Part shown: in pieces, positions 43,443 through 57,900 of the stretch
How the letters are laid out: the number at the start of each line of letters is the position of its first letter
Position numbering within the stretch: the stretch's first letter is position 1
DNA from: Daphnia carinata
Taxonomy: Eukaryota
Direction: 5' to 3'
Length of the DNA: 64,000 nucleotides
Assembly: GCF_022539665.2 (NCBI RefSeq)
Contig: NC_081333.1
Span: forward strand, 7,626,001 to 7,690,000
Program-made: the position numbers and the translations under genes
The notes under the pieces: model-generated
Databases searched by the model: none
What the model was told of the DNA's origin: nothing
The model's input: only the letters and a program-made list of their open reading frames with translations

Positions 43443-44416
43443 ATGCCGGATAGCCTATCTTTGTTTCATGAAAAATGGATCCAATACTGTCATCAGTTGA
43501 TAAATAACTTCTCCAACACAACATCTAATACTAATCTAAGTTTTAGAGACTTTGAAAATCACTGGAAATGTGTCAATTTGAAGCTGATGTTTTGGTATGT
43601 TGAAATGTTTGTACCTCTATAAAGCAGTTTTTTGCCACATTAAATATTTTTCAACTAATGTTTTGGTTTTACCTTAAGTAAACACAGCATTGAAGAATTG
43701 TGTACATTGGTAAGTGAGCTATTCAACGTGGGAAAATATTTTCTGCTCTTACAGCAGCCATTGGCGTCAAGGGTTGGTGGACTCTACCTACTGTTTGCAT
43801 TATACTTCACTCAACGAACTAGGTATTTCATTTCGACAAAGTCATTGTAAACAATATTGCCTTTCACATATACACACATCTACCAGAAACAGAATCCGTT
43901 TAACATTAAATGAGCTAAAAGCATTAATTGCATTTTTGGATGAATTGAAAAAAAGAAATATGAGTGAACAACAGTTCATCTTCTACAAACTTTTCCTGAA
44001 AAAAGCCTTTGTTTTTGCTTCAACACCTAACCAAGTAATGTGTGATGAAGTTCTAAATTTTGTTCTTGACCAACTTGTTACAAAATTAAGCTAACTATCT
44101 AACCTGAACATTGGGATTGGTTAACGTAGTTTGTCAATCAGACGCGTCAGTCGAAGGAAGATGCAGATATTATTGGAAATTTGTTGGATAGCTGTAAGTG
44201 TGGGTTGCTCCAATCTCACGGCCTATCAGTAGATGAGCTTGATAATTTGGACAAAAGGTTGAATAAATACCAAGAAATTAAATCTCAAATACCAGGTTCT
44301 TCATAATGGGAAAATATTACAGCTGAATGTAGCTAACTTGAATATCTATTTTAGGATTCTGTAACTCGTATTGCAAACCTGCTGCCACCGATGGCTTTGT
44401 TTCGGAATACCAGTAA
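43443..44416 (+). CDS. SNAPC1: snRNA-activating protein complex subunit 1 (SNAP43)-like
   Basis: The spliced product LSFRDFENHWK...MFC|...SRVGGLYLLFALYFTQ...RIRLTL...FIFYKLFLKKAFVFAS matches SNAPC1 motifs (F.DF...W, RVGALYLLYGLY..Q, KIR, IF.KL...AF.F). The 3' end is less certain. Confidence 0.8.
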
Positions 44417-45558
44417 AGTGGGTGTATCCAAGAACCCTTAACGTAAAACAGTGTTCGGAGGTTAAACGTCTTCGGTTCGGCTCCTAGATGGATGAAGTGC
44501 TGCGTTGTGGACCAAATTCACATTAAAGTTACAAATTCTTCCCTCTGAATAACCTGAAATGCTTGGGGCAAGTTCGGTGATCTAGCAGTGTTTCGTACTT
44601 GCGTGTTTTAAAATTAGCTGAATACGAAAATAAATTGTTCTCTTCTTCCCATTGTGTGATTCGTTGTAGCACACAAAATTTAAATGACATTGTTTGGATA
44701 TCTAAAAGTCATTGTCTGTCGTTATTAAAAATATACTACCTACCGTTTTGGTTATATCGCCGTGCACAAATTCCGTCTGAGGACAAATAATCAACACAGT
44801 CAAAGATGTTATCACTGTACGATAAAATACATGCATACAAATCCTCCTGTGTGTTTCACATTGTTGAACTTGTATGTACAAGTATGATCATTGTTCCGAC
44901 GGTCCCTATGTATAGTTTATTACAGGCAAAATCATTTGCCTATTTTTATGCTTCGAACATTCTCAACCGAAATTACTGTCTCCTACGTTTGAACTTACAG
45001 TTAGATACCACCTGTTCAAGAAATTGTCAAGAAGCTAATAAATATTAAATAAATAAAAAAAAAAAAAATACTAAAAGTACCACACCGTATACTTCATGTA
45101 CGGCACAACTCGTCTGAGGATGCCGCATGCGACATCAATGTGTGTCCGTCAGTCTGCCGACTGTGACTGTACTTGTTAGCTTATAGCCAACGGCAGATGT
45201 AGGTGGCCTATACCAATTACCTGCGCTGTCTATTTCGATGTTCTTCACCTTCAGTGATCACAGCATGAAAAAGCCAGACTGTTCTTCTCGCTTTACATCC
45301 CCTCGCGATACCAATGTGATATGATAGCCTTATACTCTTCTAGCAACACTGATTATCCAGTGCACAAACAACTGGCTCCACCCCTCGATACATCTATGTT
45401 ATGGACTGATAAAAGGTATAGAAGAAAAATCGTAGCCATCCACAGGTCAACCATCGACTTCATTAGCTATCCAGATTGTTGGCCAGTGATGTTGAGTTGT
45501 CGGAGCTCTGATCCAACTAAGCCTGTTTACACGAGTAACATTTCAAAACGTGACCAAA

Positions 45559-46869
45559 ATGGAGTCCGCTGTGATTACCAAAAATCAAGAAGTTAATCAG
45601 GGAGATGTCACAACTGAAGAACACCCAATCGCAAAAGACATCGATATCAGCCAAATGCCACAAGATGAGCTTTTTGGACCTGTCGCAGAAAAACCAATGG
45701 AAATACTTACCGTTAGATCGAAGCCAAAAGTTGATTTCAGCATTGAAGCTATCCTCTCGTCTCGAACATCTCCTGCATCAGCGATCGTCGTCACATCGTC
45801 CGAAATCTTCAGCTCACAATCGAAAACAAACTCCATCAACGATCATGGCGATCCTCACTTCTCCTGGGTCTACTGTACTCGCTACAGGCCACCAAAACTT
45901 CCACGTAAGTTTCTCGTGAAATTGGCATAGAATTAAAAAAAAAGAGCTTATTAAATATGCAATCTTTCCAAAAGGTGCTAAGCGAGAAATTAACTTGCGA
46001 AACCGTTACCGTAATCCACGCATACCCTTCTCGACCATCGAGGTGAGCACGCTAGAGAGAAAGTTCCTTCAGACGCCTTATCTCGGCAGTAATGAGGTTA
46101 ACGAATTGGCTGCTGCGCTAAACATGTCCCCTAAAAGAGTACGTATTAACTTTGTCTGGTTATTAAGTTCTAAGCTAAAATGCAACTCTATTTATACCTT
46201 CAAGCTGGTCAAAATATGACTTAATCAGCGTAACTGACTTTATGTTGAAAGAGAAACATGTTTGAATTCGGTTGTCCTGCCTTATTCATCCGTTGTAGTA
46301 AATGTCTACCTTATGTTGTTCACTACTAAAGTTTAATTTAAATTCAAAAAATCTAGTGGTTCTTTATACCTTTTGAGAAAAGAGAGCGGAAAACTTTTTG
46401 TTACTGATGTAATCAATCCAAGTGGAAAGAATGTTTGTGTTGGGCGCTGCTCTTTTGTCGGTAATCTATTGAAAGAGCTCAATCCATTGAAAGGCAGGCG
46501 ACCGTGGGCTAACATGCCAACCAATAGGAAAACTATACTGTTTGTTGTAGGTATTGTTGCAACTTGCGCCCCCATCGAAGTGACCTAATACTAATTGAGA
46601 GAGTAACATACTGTATCATGATAGAATATCCGTGCGCGTGCCGACAGTCCATATCGAGTTTCAACCGAAACGAGTCCGATCGAATTCCACTCACATTACA
46701 TGTTTTTCTGGTTCTTTCAACGAACATTGTAGATTGTCAAAGTGATCAGTTTTCGGATCCGATTGACTGTGGGCAAAATATTTATTTGTTTTGTTACTTT
46801 TCTACCTAGGTGAAGATTTGGTTTCAGAACAGAAGGGCTCGTGAACGCCGCGAAAGGGAAGTTCAGTGA
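45559..46869 (+). CDS. Msxlx: NK-class Msx-like (Msxlx) homeobox protein
   Basis: eh1 motif FSIEAILS, WVYCTRYRPPKLP, and homeodomain RNPRIPFSTIEVSTLERKF...MSPKR|VKIWFQNRRARERRE (last exon 46810-46869). Confidence 0.85.
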
Positions 46870-46971
46870 AAACACAAACGTCCTATATGTTCGTGTATTG
46901 GAGTGATGGTGGCTACGTTCGGATCCATGGTCGGTGATTAACACTCACACAAAAGCAAGAAGAAAATGTCC

Positions 46972-49372
46972 TCACTTGGCATCTGTAACCCATTTGAGTT
47001 TATTTGCGGACGGGATGTTGCTATGGTGGAAAAATGTGCAGCCAACTCGAGTGCAGTTTGATCCGTACTTGCAAGCCTAGAATAAGAAATTGCAATTTGT
47101 TCATCATTTTATAGCATGTATCACTTATTTTACTAATCATACAAAGAATAATTATGTAACCAAATTCAGAAATACACACAAAACTCGCTATTTTGTAAAA
47201 TAAACAAAAACAAGTTCCCTACTACATACCGGCGGGTGGAAAAAGAGGCAGCTAACGTTGTTGCATGCCGGGAAAAACTTGCAAACCGTTTTGCCGTTCA
47301 CAACCGGCGACTGATGATGATGCAACTTCACTGGAGGCCGGATTATCTTCGGTGCGAGAGGCATGGTAGCCTGAGATCGTTGACTGTGCGTATATGGGCA
47401 CGATTTGCGTGTACACGTAGCATCAAATTTGCAAGGTGGGTGAATGAATAAGCAATTGTCACCAAACAAGCAAATTGGGAAATTCCTAGAATGAGTGAAA
47501 TTTTTAAGTACGAATGTTGAAAACTACGGTGCGAATGCAAAACATACTTGCATGGGGTTTTGGGGTGATGAAAACTACACCGGTCTCCTTGGCGGCATTT
47601 GGGGTAAAACTTGCAGCGTTCCAAAGTTTGTTGAACTTCAGCTTCAGTACCTAAAACCAACGCCAAAAGTTTTTTTGCTAAAACATGACAGCTTTGAAAA
47701 ACAAAGGAGAAACAACTGTTTACCAGTGCTACGTCTTCGAAAAAGCCTTGATTTCACTGGTTTCCGCTCAGTGTCTTGTACTTCGGACATTTCGGTAGTG
47801 TCATCGTCGTTTATGTCTTCATCAAAGCATCGGCCCATTAAAGAGTCAACACCATCAAGGGTAACTATAAAACGTGTCTCAATTGTTTGATTATCTAACT
47901 GTGACTGAACGGGACTTTCCATTGGCTCATAGGCGCCTAGGTCGGGAACCTCAGGTTGGGAGTCAATCGTTTCTTCAGCTTCCATGCTAGCGAGTTCATC
48001 GCCATTAGTCATCTTTCCGGGTGGTTGGACATCTATTTCCATAGTGGATTCGTTGGAAGGTTTAGCAACAGCAGGATTTTTTATAGTGACGGCAACCGAT
48101 TCTGCATGTTGGATCTTTTCGCGATACTTTCGAGTGAACAGCGCTGGTGGAGATCTGATTTCCGGTTCCATAACTTTAGCTGGATGGGAGACAACTGATT
48201 TTTGCGCGTCTGCCACAGCTTTTAAAATCAAACAGTTCGTGGCTTGCATCCTTGCTGGTAACCTGCGCCTAAAACCGTAAATTGGAGAACGATTTAAAAC
48301 ATGTACAATGATCTGATTTCAGGTTCTAAATAAGTACCTGGCTGTGACGCGAACGATACTATTAATCCCAGTTTTGCTATTAAAACTTGTGTCTTCCTCA
48401 TGTTCTTGGTTCTCTGTTTTTGATTTGGTACGTTCTATAGGTTTTACAATTTGACTGAGTATGGGCCGCACAACAGAAACAATTTGCGACGAGATGCGAC
48501 CGTCCGTTCTTCGTGGTCGTTCCCTTTCTTCCCTGCAAACTTTTTTTGGAAATCTATCTTCAATATTTCTGGTATGCCGCCGTTTTTGTGAGTCAGAGCG
48601 GGATGACTAGATTAAATTAAAATTCAGAACAGTCTTACGGTGAAATTTGGCTAAACGATTGAACGTGGAAGACGATCTAACCTGATATGTGGCCGATGAC
48701 GTCGAAATCTTATTCCTCTGAGTCTTTTCTTCAGAAGCATGGAAATCTTGTTCTACTTCATCTCTAATATTCAGACAATCATCCTCCATATCCCCTTCAA
48801 TGTTATGCTGCATATTTGCTGGAGGTAGTGAACGTAAAGAAACAGGTGTGGGTACATATTGTTCCTTAATATCATGATTTAACGGAACACTATGAGCTAT
48901 AACGTTACACTGGGTTTCACTGTTCTTGCCCATCAACAACCCTGATGTTGGGTGAATTACTGTTGGGGATGAATTTTGAACTTTTACCGAAATGATGCCT
49001 GCTTCACTTCCTGGTTTCGGTACCACAGGAACCGCTTCTTTCGCTTTCTCAGAGGCATTGCTACTACCCACAAATGCTTCAAGTTTTTCAAGCACAACAT
49101 GCAACCAATCTGTAAATTTGTCGGTATGACTTCCAAGAAAAAGAGAGAGTTCACTAGTCATTTGGCTCTTAGATCTTCTATTTGCAATCATCACCTAATG
49201 AACAAGCAAAAGTAAACAGAAAATGCTATGCCATTATGTAGAGAATATACATTTCGAATCCTACCATGATATAATCGGGTAGTTCTTCATCTACATAAGC
49301 TCCAATTTCTTGGAGCTTGGCTTTCACAGCGCATTTAATTTTGTTTCTGATTTCGTTTGTTACCCCTTCCAT
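46972..49372 (-). CDS. ZC3H14: Zinc finger CCCH domain-containing protein 14 (Nab2) poly(A)-binding protein
   Basis: PWI-like N-terminus AVKAKLQEIGAYVDEELPDYIM|VMIANRRSK..., LILKAVADAQKSV, TRFIVTLDG, five tandem CCCH fingers, ending KLKWVTDAK*. Confidence 0.92.
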
Positions 49373-50244
49373 GATTGCTAAAAATAATTGGTCACGTTAA
49401 CTAATCCCTTAACCTATAACTGAATACTCAGGTATTCCTTGTTTAGTCACTGATTTAAACCTTTCCCAAGGAAAAAACTTGTTCCTCTTTATTTTTTTCT
49501 TGTACGCTTGCAGCCGATGACTGTCCAGCACCGTATTCCTAAAACGGAAGAAGCCCCTTCTTTTCCTTCTTCTTTCTCCACACAGGGACAAGTCAGCGAT
49601 TTTTACTTGAGTAGTTCAATGTTCTGTGTTGCTATCAACAAACATCTAAACGACGTGGGAAAAAAGCTTTTGCTAATACTTAAGACCCGAATCAACTACT
49701 TACGTATCAAGGTAAGCTAACCACGACGTCTTACTTTAAATACGTGTCTGTCGTAGATTTGAACCACAAGAAATAAATCGGGTCGAAAATAGGCAGTTGA
49801 AAGACTTTTAATAAATTCGTCATCTACCATACAAAGATTTGTTATTTACCAGAAATTACCTGGATTACAAAATATTACATTCGCAATGATATTTCACAAA
49901 AAACTTTGGCCTTCGTTAAATCACATGCGATATATGGCGACAGAAAATAATTGCTTGGATTTACCCTATCTGCCGAGTTCAAATGTCGCTACATGCATTC
50001 TGATAATGAAATGGCTTATACGGATTAAGCAGCCCACCGATATTTCACAAAACTACGAAACATGAAAGACGCGTAGGTTGGAGATCACATCACTGGATAT
50101 AAAAAGGACTCAAACATTTCAGTTCCGTCACACACCTGTTTCGTTTCGTTCCGTAAGGTAAGAACCAGTTTAATATTTCTAATATTTCTTTGTCTTTGCC
50201 TTACTACAGTAAAATGTTGTCAATGATTTTCTATAGCATTTAAA

Positions 50245-50632
50245 ATGGCAATTAAGAAACTCGAGCTTTTCATTTTCGTGTTGGCTGCCTTTCTGGTGGT
50301 TTCCACTTCTGCATTGCCCCGAGTTGCTCGCGCTGCTCCACAATGCCCAGCGAGTGACGTAGGAAGCGCTGTTTTCTTTCCAGATCCGACTAACTGCAAG
50401 TATGTATGATTCTGCAACAACACAAATTACTGTGCCTGTCTCTCCGTTGCTCGTCGTGGGCTATCGTCAATCGTAATGTCACATTACTGATTCTTTTTTT
50501 ATTGCATGCTTTATTTCCAGGAACTATTACATGTGCTCGTGGGGCGTTGCCTATTTGAAATCGTGTCCTGACGATTTATATTGGAACAAGGCCATCAACG
50601 TCTGCGATTTCGCTAGCAATGTCGTTTGCTAG
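50245..50632 (+). CDS. Secreted single chitin-binding (CBM14/peritrophin-A) domain peptide
   Basis: Signal peptide, RVAR, then six Cys: CPASDVGSAVFFPDPTNCK|NYYMCSWGVAYLKSCPDDLYWNKAINVCDFASNVVC*. Intron at 50400-50520; TATAAAAA at ~50098. Confidence 0.88.
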
Positions 50633-51199
50633 CTGAAGACACGCGAGGAGAAGAACGACGTCCATGAGCAACCTATATAAACTGCTCGAAAATCAATTGT
50701 ATATGACGTCGATTAAATACAATAAGAAATCAGCATCAGAACGAATTAGCAAAAAACTTTGATATAGTAGTGCAGATTGCGTCCGTAATGTTTGGTTGAC
50801 TAGTCAGAAACGATGATTCCCTCTTTGCGTTTGTTCTTTCAGAGAAATGGTATTGCTTCTAAACGTACCCACTTAAAAAAAAAAAAAAAAGATCAACTCT
50901 GCGAAGACAAAAGCGATATTAAGCTAAGATAAAAAAATATTTGGGAGGGCCATTAATGAATTCATGGACGTCATAGTAAAGCCGCAATAAGCCGCTCACA
51001 CACCTACGTTTTATCCCGAAACAACAAACATTTATCACACAGTAAATTCAACCAAACTAAAACTGTCACTAATGTCTGTCGTAAGCAACTGCAGTAACAA
51101 AAAGGTAATTCTGCATTGGATTGTTCAACCTAATAACCTTTCTCGTTTAATACGAATGCCGTACGATTGAAATAAAACTGTGGAAAATATATAAAAATA

Positions 51200-54100
51200 T
51201 ATATATTTTTTGTTTTATATAATTTAGTGTGGTCTGTGATCCTGAAAGACTAGACGATGAGAGATTCGTCGGGGGAAAAAAAAAAACCTTTTTTTTTTTT
51301 TTTTTTTTTGTTGGGGGTCGGCAACAATAGCACGTAGACGCGAGTCTCATGATGACGAGAGAGACGCTGACATCGGGTCTCGGGCTGTCCTAAAGATTCC
51401 GTCACCGACTCGATACTTTTCTGATTGTGTGAATCGATTCGAAGAGAACGAATAGTAGAAGTGGCCGTTTCGGTCTGTTGTCTCTTGGCGGAACGCGTGC
51501 GCGGCTATTGCATGGATGACGAAGAAACGCGAGACTCCTGGCCACCTACCAACGAATAGTTGATAATTGTCTCGCGCAGCCCCAAAAAACCCACACCGCC
51601 GCCACTTTGATCGCGCTGCTGTTTTTTTTTTCAGAGGCAGAGATGGATGGGTGCATATTAATTCCCTCTGTTTTATAATTGACTATCTCTCTCATCTTTT
51701 ACTTTTGAGTGCTATTTGTAGGAAAGGTGGATGTTCTCTAGAAGCATCCTGCTGGTTGCAAAAGGATTAACAAAGCATTGCCCAGCTGTTAATGCGTGGC
51801 ACAAAAACATTGTAGGTAAAGAAATAAAAAAAGGCTAATGATGATAATAAATCATTAAGGCTATAATAGCAAGCGTTGCGGTATTTATCACGGATAAGTT
51901 TTGAAGGCTAAATATAGTAATGACATTTGTAAATATCGTACCTTGCTTGTGATAAATTTTGCCTCTATCTGTACATCATTCTCTTTCATTTTTTTTTTAA
52001 TTTTGCTCCCCCCTTGTTTGCGTATTGATCTCGGACGGCAGCAACATCCAGCACCTGTTTACGCGTCTATAGATGCTCGTCTCACGTATAGGTGCCGTGT
52101 TGATGCGGCTGCGCTTGGCTTTTTGCTTAGGGTCCGACACGGGTCTCGACCCCTGCACGACAGGGAAAAAGAAGGGTGCCGCCGCCGCGAGATAATATAT
52201 CGATTATTGATGCAGGTGAAATTGCAGGGTCATTTATCTTGAGTTCTGTGATAAGAAAAACAGAAAAAAAATAAATACCCTTTCATAGGCCGCCTTTTGT
52301 TGGTATGCTTATGTACTTACTATTAGCTACATACCACACACACAGCAGAGTATTAATCACGAGTTAAGCCATGGTGGCGCAGGCACACAGATCATTTGGC
52401 ATAGTCCGGGGTGATTTATATTCAGTGAATAAAATTACCGTAAGCATTATACTGAAAGAAAATGTTTACATTGACGTACCTGAGGTAAAAGTATTATTAT
52501 ATAATACCAAAAACAGGCCCGCTTCGGCTCATCGTGAAAGGTAAATTCAATTCACCGAGGCTGGAAATAATCCAAAGTTTCGATGCCGCTGCGACTTTCC
52601 AACAAAGCTTAGTCGATATGCGTAGTCTGCGGGATTTGTGTTTTTTTTTTCTTCCACCTGCAGTGATGTTGTTTATGTTAAATAATACACAACGTGTAGA
52701 CACAAGAGAACAGGACAGAACACACTGGTATAAATAAAAAAAAGATGCACCGTTCACAGGTAACGGTACATCATTCCTTTCGATAGGGAAAATAACCCCC
52801 CCGATTTCAATAATCTGCCGACAGAATCAGTTTTATTCTACTGGAGGGAGAGGAAATTCGACATCAAGAACAAGAATAGAGGGGAAAAAAAAAGGAAGAA
52901 AAAAAAAATAGAACCTGAAATCTTCTCCAAGCCTTGAGGTAGAGGTTTGTTTCTTTTCTTCCTGCCATGCTGGAATTTACCATACGGAGACGTGAAGAAG
53001 GGACCAAGAAGAAAGATGGAGTTCCCGATCTGATGGCTTTCGTTCTATTCAGAAGCAGCAGCTGTCTTTTCTCCCCTAAAAAGGATGGGGAATCGGAAAA
53101 AAAAAAAGTTCGATGGAAGAGGGTAATAAAGAAGAAAGAAAAGGAACAACTGGGCGGGTAAAGGGGAAAAGAAGAAGATACGATTGGGACAAAGTGTTGC
53201 GCTTGCATCGGCGTCGTGGCCCCTCGCGTTGAAGACGCCAATTTATTCAGATGGGACGGCAATATCTCTCACCCGGTGCCGCTCTCCCAGCTCGCTTCTC
53301 CGGATGCCATATATTCTCCTTTTCAGCTCCATATTGGCTCCTTCTTCAGAGCCAGCTCATTGGGCATTCACCTGGCGTAAAGAAAAAAAAAAAAAAAGGG
53401 GGACTTCTCCATAAAAATTTAGACTCATTTAGCATCATCCACCACGATGGGCGGGAGGTTCTGATTTACTTTTACAGGAAAAACGTTCGCCATAAACATT
53501 CGAATCCTCCGTTTTTTTTTTGAAGTGCAACGTTTCGTTGTAAGACTTCTTTCTTTTTTTTTTTTTGTTTGTTCTATTACAGCCCAACGTACCGGAGTAC
53601 CTTTTCACTACAGTTGTGCATTGTAATAGGTTTTGGGTATATGCATCCTTTAGCCGCAATCTGAGGTTTTTTTTTTTTCTGTGCAAGGTAAAAAAGAATG
53701 ACGGGACTTTACAGAAAAAGGTAGTTAGATGTTTGGATTTTTTTTTTTTTTTTCGTTTTTACAATGACAAAAGAAAACGGTGTATTTCAACTAATAATAT
53801 CGTAAATCCACAGTCCATCAGCGTCCACACAATCTTTTTTTTGCTCTCGCTCGCTCGTTCCCTCTCAAAATCATTCCGGTATTTTTATTTAAACATATTC
53901 TTTTTGTATGTGTCTTGATTTTGGTTTCTCTTTGTATAATGCTCGCTGGAAAAAAAAAAAAAAAAAGAAAAATGTGTTTTTCTTTTTTTTTTTTTTAGCC
54001 GGTCGTGATACAGAAAGAAAAAAAAATGGAAGAGAGAGGAGGGGGGAAAAAAATGTTGGAAAATGTTTGTCTGTGTTTTTAGCGAGGCTAAAGGGTTTTG

Positions 54101-54956
54101 AATTTGGGTTGGACAGGTAGGAAAACGGAAGAAAAAAAAAGTTTTAAAAACGTAAAATGTACCCAAATCAAATATCTCATTTCCCTAAAGCCTATCTGCA
54201 AAACAAAAAAAAAAGAAACGGAACAAATGAACAAAACAAATTAGTTCGCATTCGATGTTGAAACAAGACAACAAAAACGAGATGTGCCGCCGATGCGACC
54301 GCACGTTTCATTGCTCTATGAGATTTTCTTCTTTTAAAAAATTTGTAATAGGAAGATGGGACGAAGGGAAACGGACGGGTTGAAAAAGGAATTTAAAAAA
54401 AAATAATAATAACAAAAAAAAAAACAAAAAAAACAAAGCAGAAGGACTTTGAGAGAGCAGCATCGAAACAAACTTGCTACTATAATACTACGCACACTAT
54501 CGGAGGAGGAGAGAAAGAGAGAGAGAGACGAACAAGGTGAGTGAGAAACAAACAAACAAAACAATCGCCCCCAAAAAGATCTCACATGTTCGCAACTCGT
54601 GGAAATACTGCGGGCTATGTGTGTGCGTGTGTACTGTGGCCCTTCCGGAATGATTCACTTGTTACGGAATCCCATTCTTTTTAAAGACAGAGAGAGAGAA
54701 AGAGAGACAAACGTTCGAATAGACACAACAATATCAGATGGATTTAGGTAAAGGTATTTTCATGAAACGGGAACGGGATCTATTAGGCGAGGGAAATGGG
54801 CATAAAAATCGATAAAAAAAATAATGATAATAATAATAAAAAAAAAAAAAATGAGGATAAATTATTTTGGCCTTTACTGTTTTTTTTTTTCTCTTTGCGC
54901 AGCATTTTCATATTTCTTACATACACAACATGTACGCAAAATTCACGCAATCATTA

Positions 54957-54988
<32 letters not shown>

Positions 54989-57900
54989 GCATAGTGAATT
55001 AAGTAAGATGACCGGCCCAAAAAAAAATTTCTATTAACGTCGCATACAAAAACAAACAAAAAAAAAAAAAAACTTTAATATTATTATGATTGTTTTTTGT
55101 TTCCTCCCCTTTTTTTTTTGTTTTTGCTTGCTTCTTAATAACCATCGAAAAAAAAAAATCAGAAAAAAAATCGAGATAGAGGGCGAAAGTGTGTGATGTT
55201 GGCGAGTAAATACCAAGACAAAAACACATTTTTAATATAAGATCGAGGGGCTGGAGGAAGGTACACAAGGACACTTAACAAAAAAAAAAGATAAAGAGGA
55301 AAAAAAAAAAAAGAAAATGTTTGAAACTTTTACATTTGTCATGGCCTCGGTTTACTTAATAATTCTTTTTTTTTTTAAGTGTGTATGTGTGTGTTTCACT
55401 TACTATTATATATATTGGATGAAACACAAAGCACAAAAAAAAAATCAAGTTGCATCAGACACGCCGCACTTTTTCTCGCTCTGCTGTCGTCTCCCATTAT
55501 TTTTTATTAAGTTCTATACTTGGTATAGATATACATTTCTTTCTCGTTCCATTGCGACACGCTTCGTGAAAATCGGGGCGTCGCTGGAAAATGGTCGAGT
55601 AAGAACAACGGGGGCAAAAAAAAAAAAAAAAAAAAAAAAGGGAACGAATAGAAACGAATCGCGCCAAGATATACCGTGCAAAAAGCACAGCATAACAAGC
55701 GTGTCATCGTTCATCTTTCACGTTCGTTTTTTTTTTTTTTTTTTAAACTCTAGTCGCTGGGACGAGGGCATTTTGCCAATAAAAAGCTATCAAGCTTCAG
55801 GTGAGAGAGACGAACAGACAGATACCAAAAAAAGCGAGTGCCAGTCCTTAAAAAAAAAAAAAAGATATTACGGAATTATTGTAAGTAAATAGATCAGATC
55901 TAACACACATACACACAAAGGAGGGGGAGAGAGATGCCCGAGTATTTTGGGGAGAAAAAAAAAAACCTAGAAGGAAAAATGTGGGAGTGATGTGAGACGG
56001 AGGTGTCATCATCCAATTCGAAATGTTCAAATAAATTTGCATTTCTTTTCGATTTGAACGAACGACGGGAGCCTCTTCTCATTTCTGGAATAACGAGCAA
56101 AAAGGAAAACCATTTAAAAAAAAAAAAAAATGAGAGAGAAAAGGGCGAGGAAATGGACATGGTGGGTCTTTGAGATTGCGAGAAAGAGGGGAAAAAAAAT
56201 GGGGGAGGGAATGATGACAAAAACAAAAATACCAACAGCATGTACACAACGCACGCAATACAAAATCGATCAAGAGAAATAGAAAACAAAACGCTGGCCG
56301 CTCGTGTCATGATTAAACAAAATACACAACGAGCTCTGTGTTCATCGATACTCTTCTCGAGAAGGTAAATTTTCAGGGTGGGGTCGATTTTTAGACACCA
56401 ATCTACACACACACACACACACACACGCACGCTCGCACGCATACATGAGAAGTACAAGAGAGATAGAGAGAGAGGAAAGGTAGAAAATGAACGGAGGGCG
56501 GGAGTATGATAGGTTGGGAATGTTTTGTGTGTTTTTGCAATTTTTTGTCAGAATGTGATGGAATTTCGGCACGCAAAAGAGACACGATGGAGACAAAAAA
56601 AAAAAGAAAAGAAAATTAAACAGAATGAATGCAACACTTCTTTTGCTCTCACTCTCCAGCTTTTGAGGGAAAGAAAAGGAACAAGACAAAAAAAAAAAAA
56701 AAATATTAAGAGCTTAACAAACAAACAAATCAAATCACTGCTGCCTTCCGTGGTATCTCTTTTTTTCTTCGTGCGACATCACCTTCGGTACCGTTGTCGT
56801 TTCAAAAGAGTTCAACATTTTTTTTTTTTTTTTCCACATTATTATTAATTATTTTTTTTTTTTAATTCTTATAATCTTCATTTGTTGCTGTTGTTGTCTT
56901 TTTTTTCTTTTTGGCTGGTTGAGCACACCGAGAGGAAGTATCATTTTTTTTTATTTAAACATTTTTTTTTTTTGTGTGTTTTTTGAAGTTTTGCTGGCTA
57001 GGCTGGCTTGGCTGCGGCGTTTACATGTTTGCAGCAGTGATTTCATGCTTCATCTCTTCATCACCATTGATAATCATTCCTCTTCTTATTATGTTCACAG
57101 AAGAAAAAGGGGAAAGAAAAAAAAAAAACAACACCCAACAACAACAACAAGGAAAAAAAAAAATTAACACACATCTTGGCTTATTTTTCTTCTTCTTCTT
57201 CATTAACGATTCAAAAATCCTCGTTGTTGATTAGCTAATTACTACTGCCAACGCCCGGGCGCCTTTCCGGCTTTACTTCATTTCTGTTTGTCCATGTCTT
57301 TAGATTTCACGTCGGACATTGATGTCACCGACGTCGGGTACATCTTGTCGAGATATTTCAAAGACTCGTTCAAGAAGTTCTGCAAGCGTTCAAAGAAAAC
57401 GAACGGAGAAAATCGATACCGAAATTAAATATCGCAAATGAATATTACAGACAGTGACCCGTATAGAACAAAAAAGGAAAAAAAAGACTTGAATAAAAAT
57501 CATAAAAAAGCCGATCATATTTACCTGAATGGCGGTGAGGGCGGCGACAATGGCCGGGCTGCCGAATCCGTGGGTGATGAGCGAAAAGTGCGTCAAATGG
57601 CGCTGAATGTTTGGCTCCAAGATGATCTGCGGCCGCGTGTTGCATAGCGGAGATCGATCCTGGTTGAGCAAGTCCATCAGCTCTTTGGTGATTTGCCTAT
57701 TTATAAAGAAAAAAGAAAAAAAAGAAAAAAAGAATGAGTACATGCGTGTAGTGCGGTAATTCGTTCAGAAAAAAATAAGTTCACAGTTCGCGTCTGCTCA
57801 AGTATTCAACGTGTTTTTTTTTCCCCTGAACGCCAATTACATTTTTTTCTTCCAATTCTTTTGTGTAACGTCTACACATACGACAGCCACTACTTGTGTA

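Noticed and set aside
57240..57280. Stop-codon readthrough of AP-2 (TGA followed by 11 sense codons and a small GC hairpin)
   Set aside because: The TGA-A context is unfavourable and the extension is short enough to be chance. It would need conservation data.
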